A stretch of DNA of 63,334 nucleotides, the filler included, from Choristocarpus tenellus KU-1152 (taxonomy: Eukaryota; Protista; Phaeophyceae), in the NCBI GenBank assembly GCA_964200185.2. It is 13 parts of 13 records of this genome, joined end to end, with 100 filler letters (N's around TTAATTAATTAA, not from the genome) between each part and the next. Parts side by side here need not be neighbours in the genome. Positions count along the whole stretch, not along the records: positions 60,599 to 63,334 come from CAXNAD020025190.1; 12 more parts are not named here. One strand, 5' to 3'. The notes under the pieces are model-generated. The model saw nothing but the letters and a program-made list of their open reading frames with translations. It had not been told where the DNA came from and did no database searches. How positions within the stretch are numbered: position 1 is the first letter of the stretch; each line of letters opens with the position of its first letter. The translations under genes and the position numbers were made by a program. Positions 63,237 to 63,334 of this stretch are shown here, piece by piece.

Positions 63237-63334
63237 GACCCAAAGTATCTGGGGGGGGGGGGGGGGGGGTCAAACCCAGGGGATCTATTGGGGACAAAAC
63301 CAAAAAAAACACCCCTACTATATCCCACCAACAA
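63237..63334. mobile_element. MITE family A-like, partial at window end
   Basis: GACCCAAAGTATCT, G-tract, then CCCAGGGGATCTATTGGGG. Confidence 0.8.

Noticed and set aside
4728-63334. Recurring AAAGTATCT motif as a CRISPR-like repeat or recombination site
   Set aside because: Copies come as inverted pairs around conserved bodies with TSDs, not as direct repeats with unique spacers; no cas genes; eukaryotic context.

Overview
Eukaryotic draft-assembly window made of 13 short contigs joined by artificial 100-bp linkers (44 N + TTAATTAATTAA + 44 N), so adjacency across linkers carries no meaning. The source is an intron-rich stramenopile, probably a brown alga or close relative (inferred from a Sig1/Ocm1-type tubular mastigoneme gene, CRE-like retroposon fragments resembling brown-algal ones, and TTAGGG-type repeats). 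Recognisable genes: a complete 4-exon mastigoneme protein, a complete TMEM267-like gene, and partial genes for a Sel1-repeat protein, a B-box + Aurora-type kinase, a TRAF-type zinc-finger protein, a BacNav/EukCat-like 6-TM cation channel, alanyl-tRNA synthetase and several unknown proteins. The most striking structure is a set of about 20 whole or partial non-autonomous DNA transposons (three MITE families). They share a 14-bp terminal inverted repeat (about GRSYCAAAGTATCT / GAGTGAAAGTATCT), make 4-bp target-site duplications, nest into each other and sit at many contig breaks. One nested pair is inserted in a decayed Sola2-like transposase that is followed by a candidate Ulp1 (SUMO protease)-like domain. 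Decayed hAT, mariner, MULE-like and CRE-like elements and many simple repeats are also present. All family assignments come from motifs recognised by eye, not from database searches.
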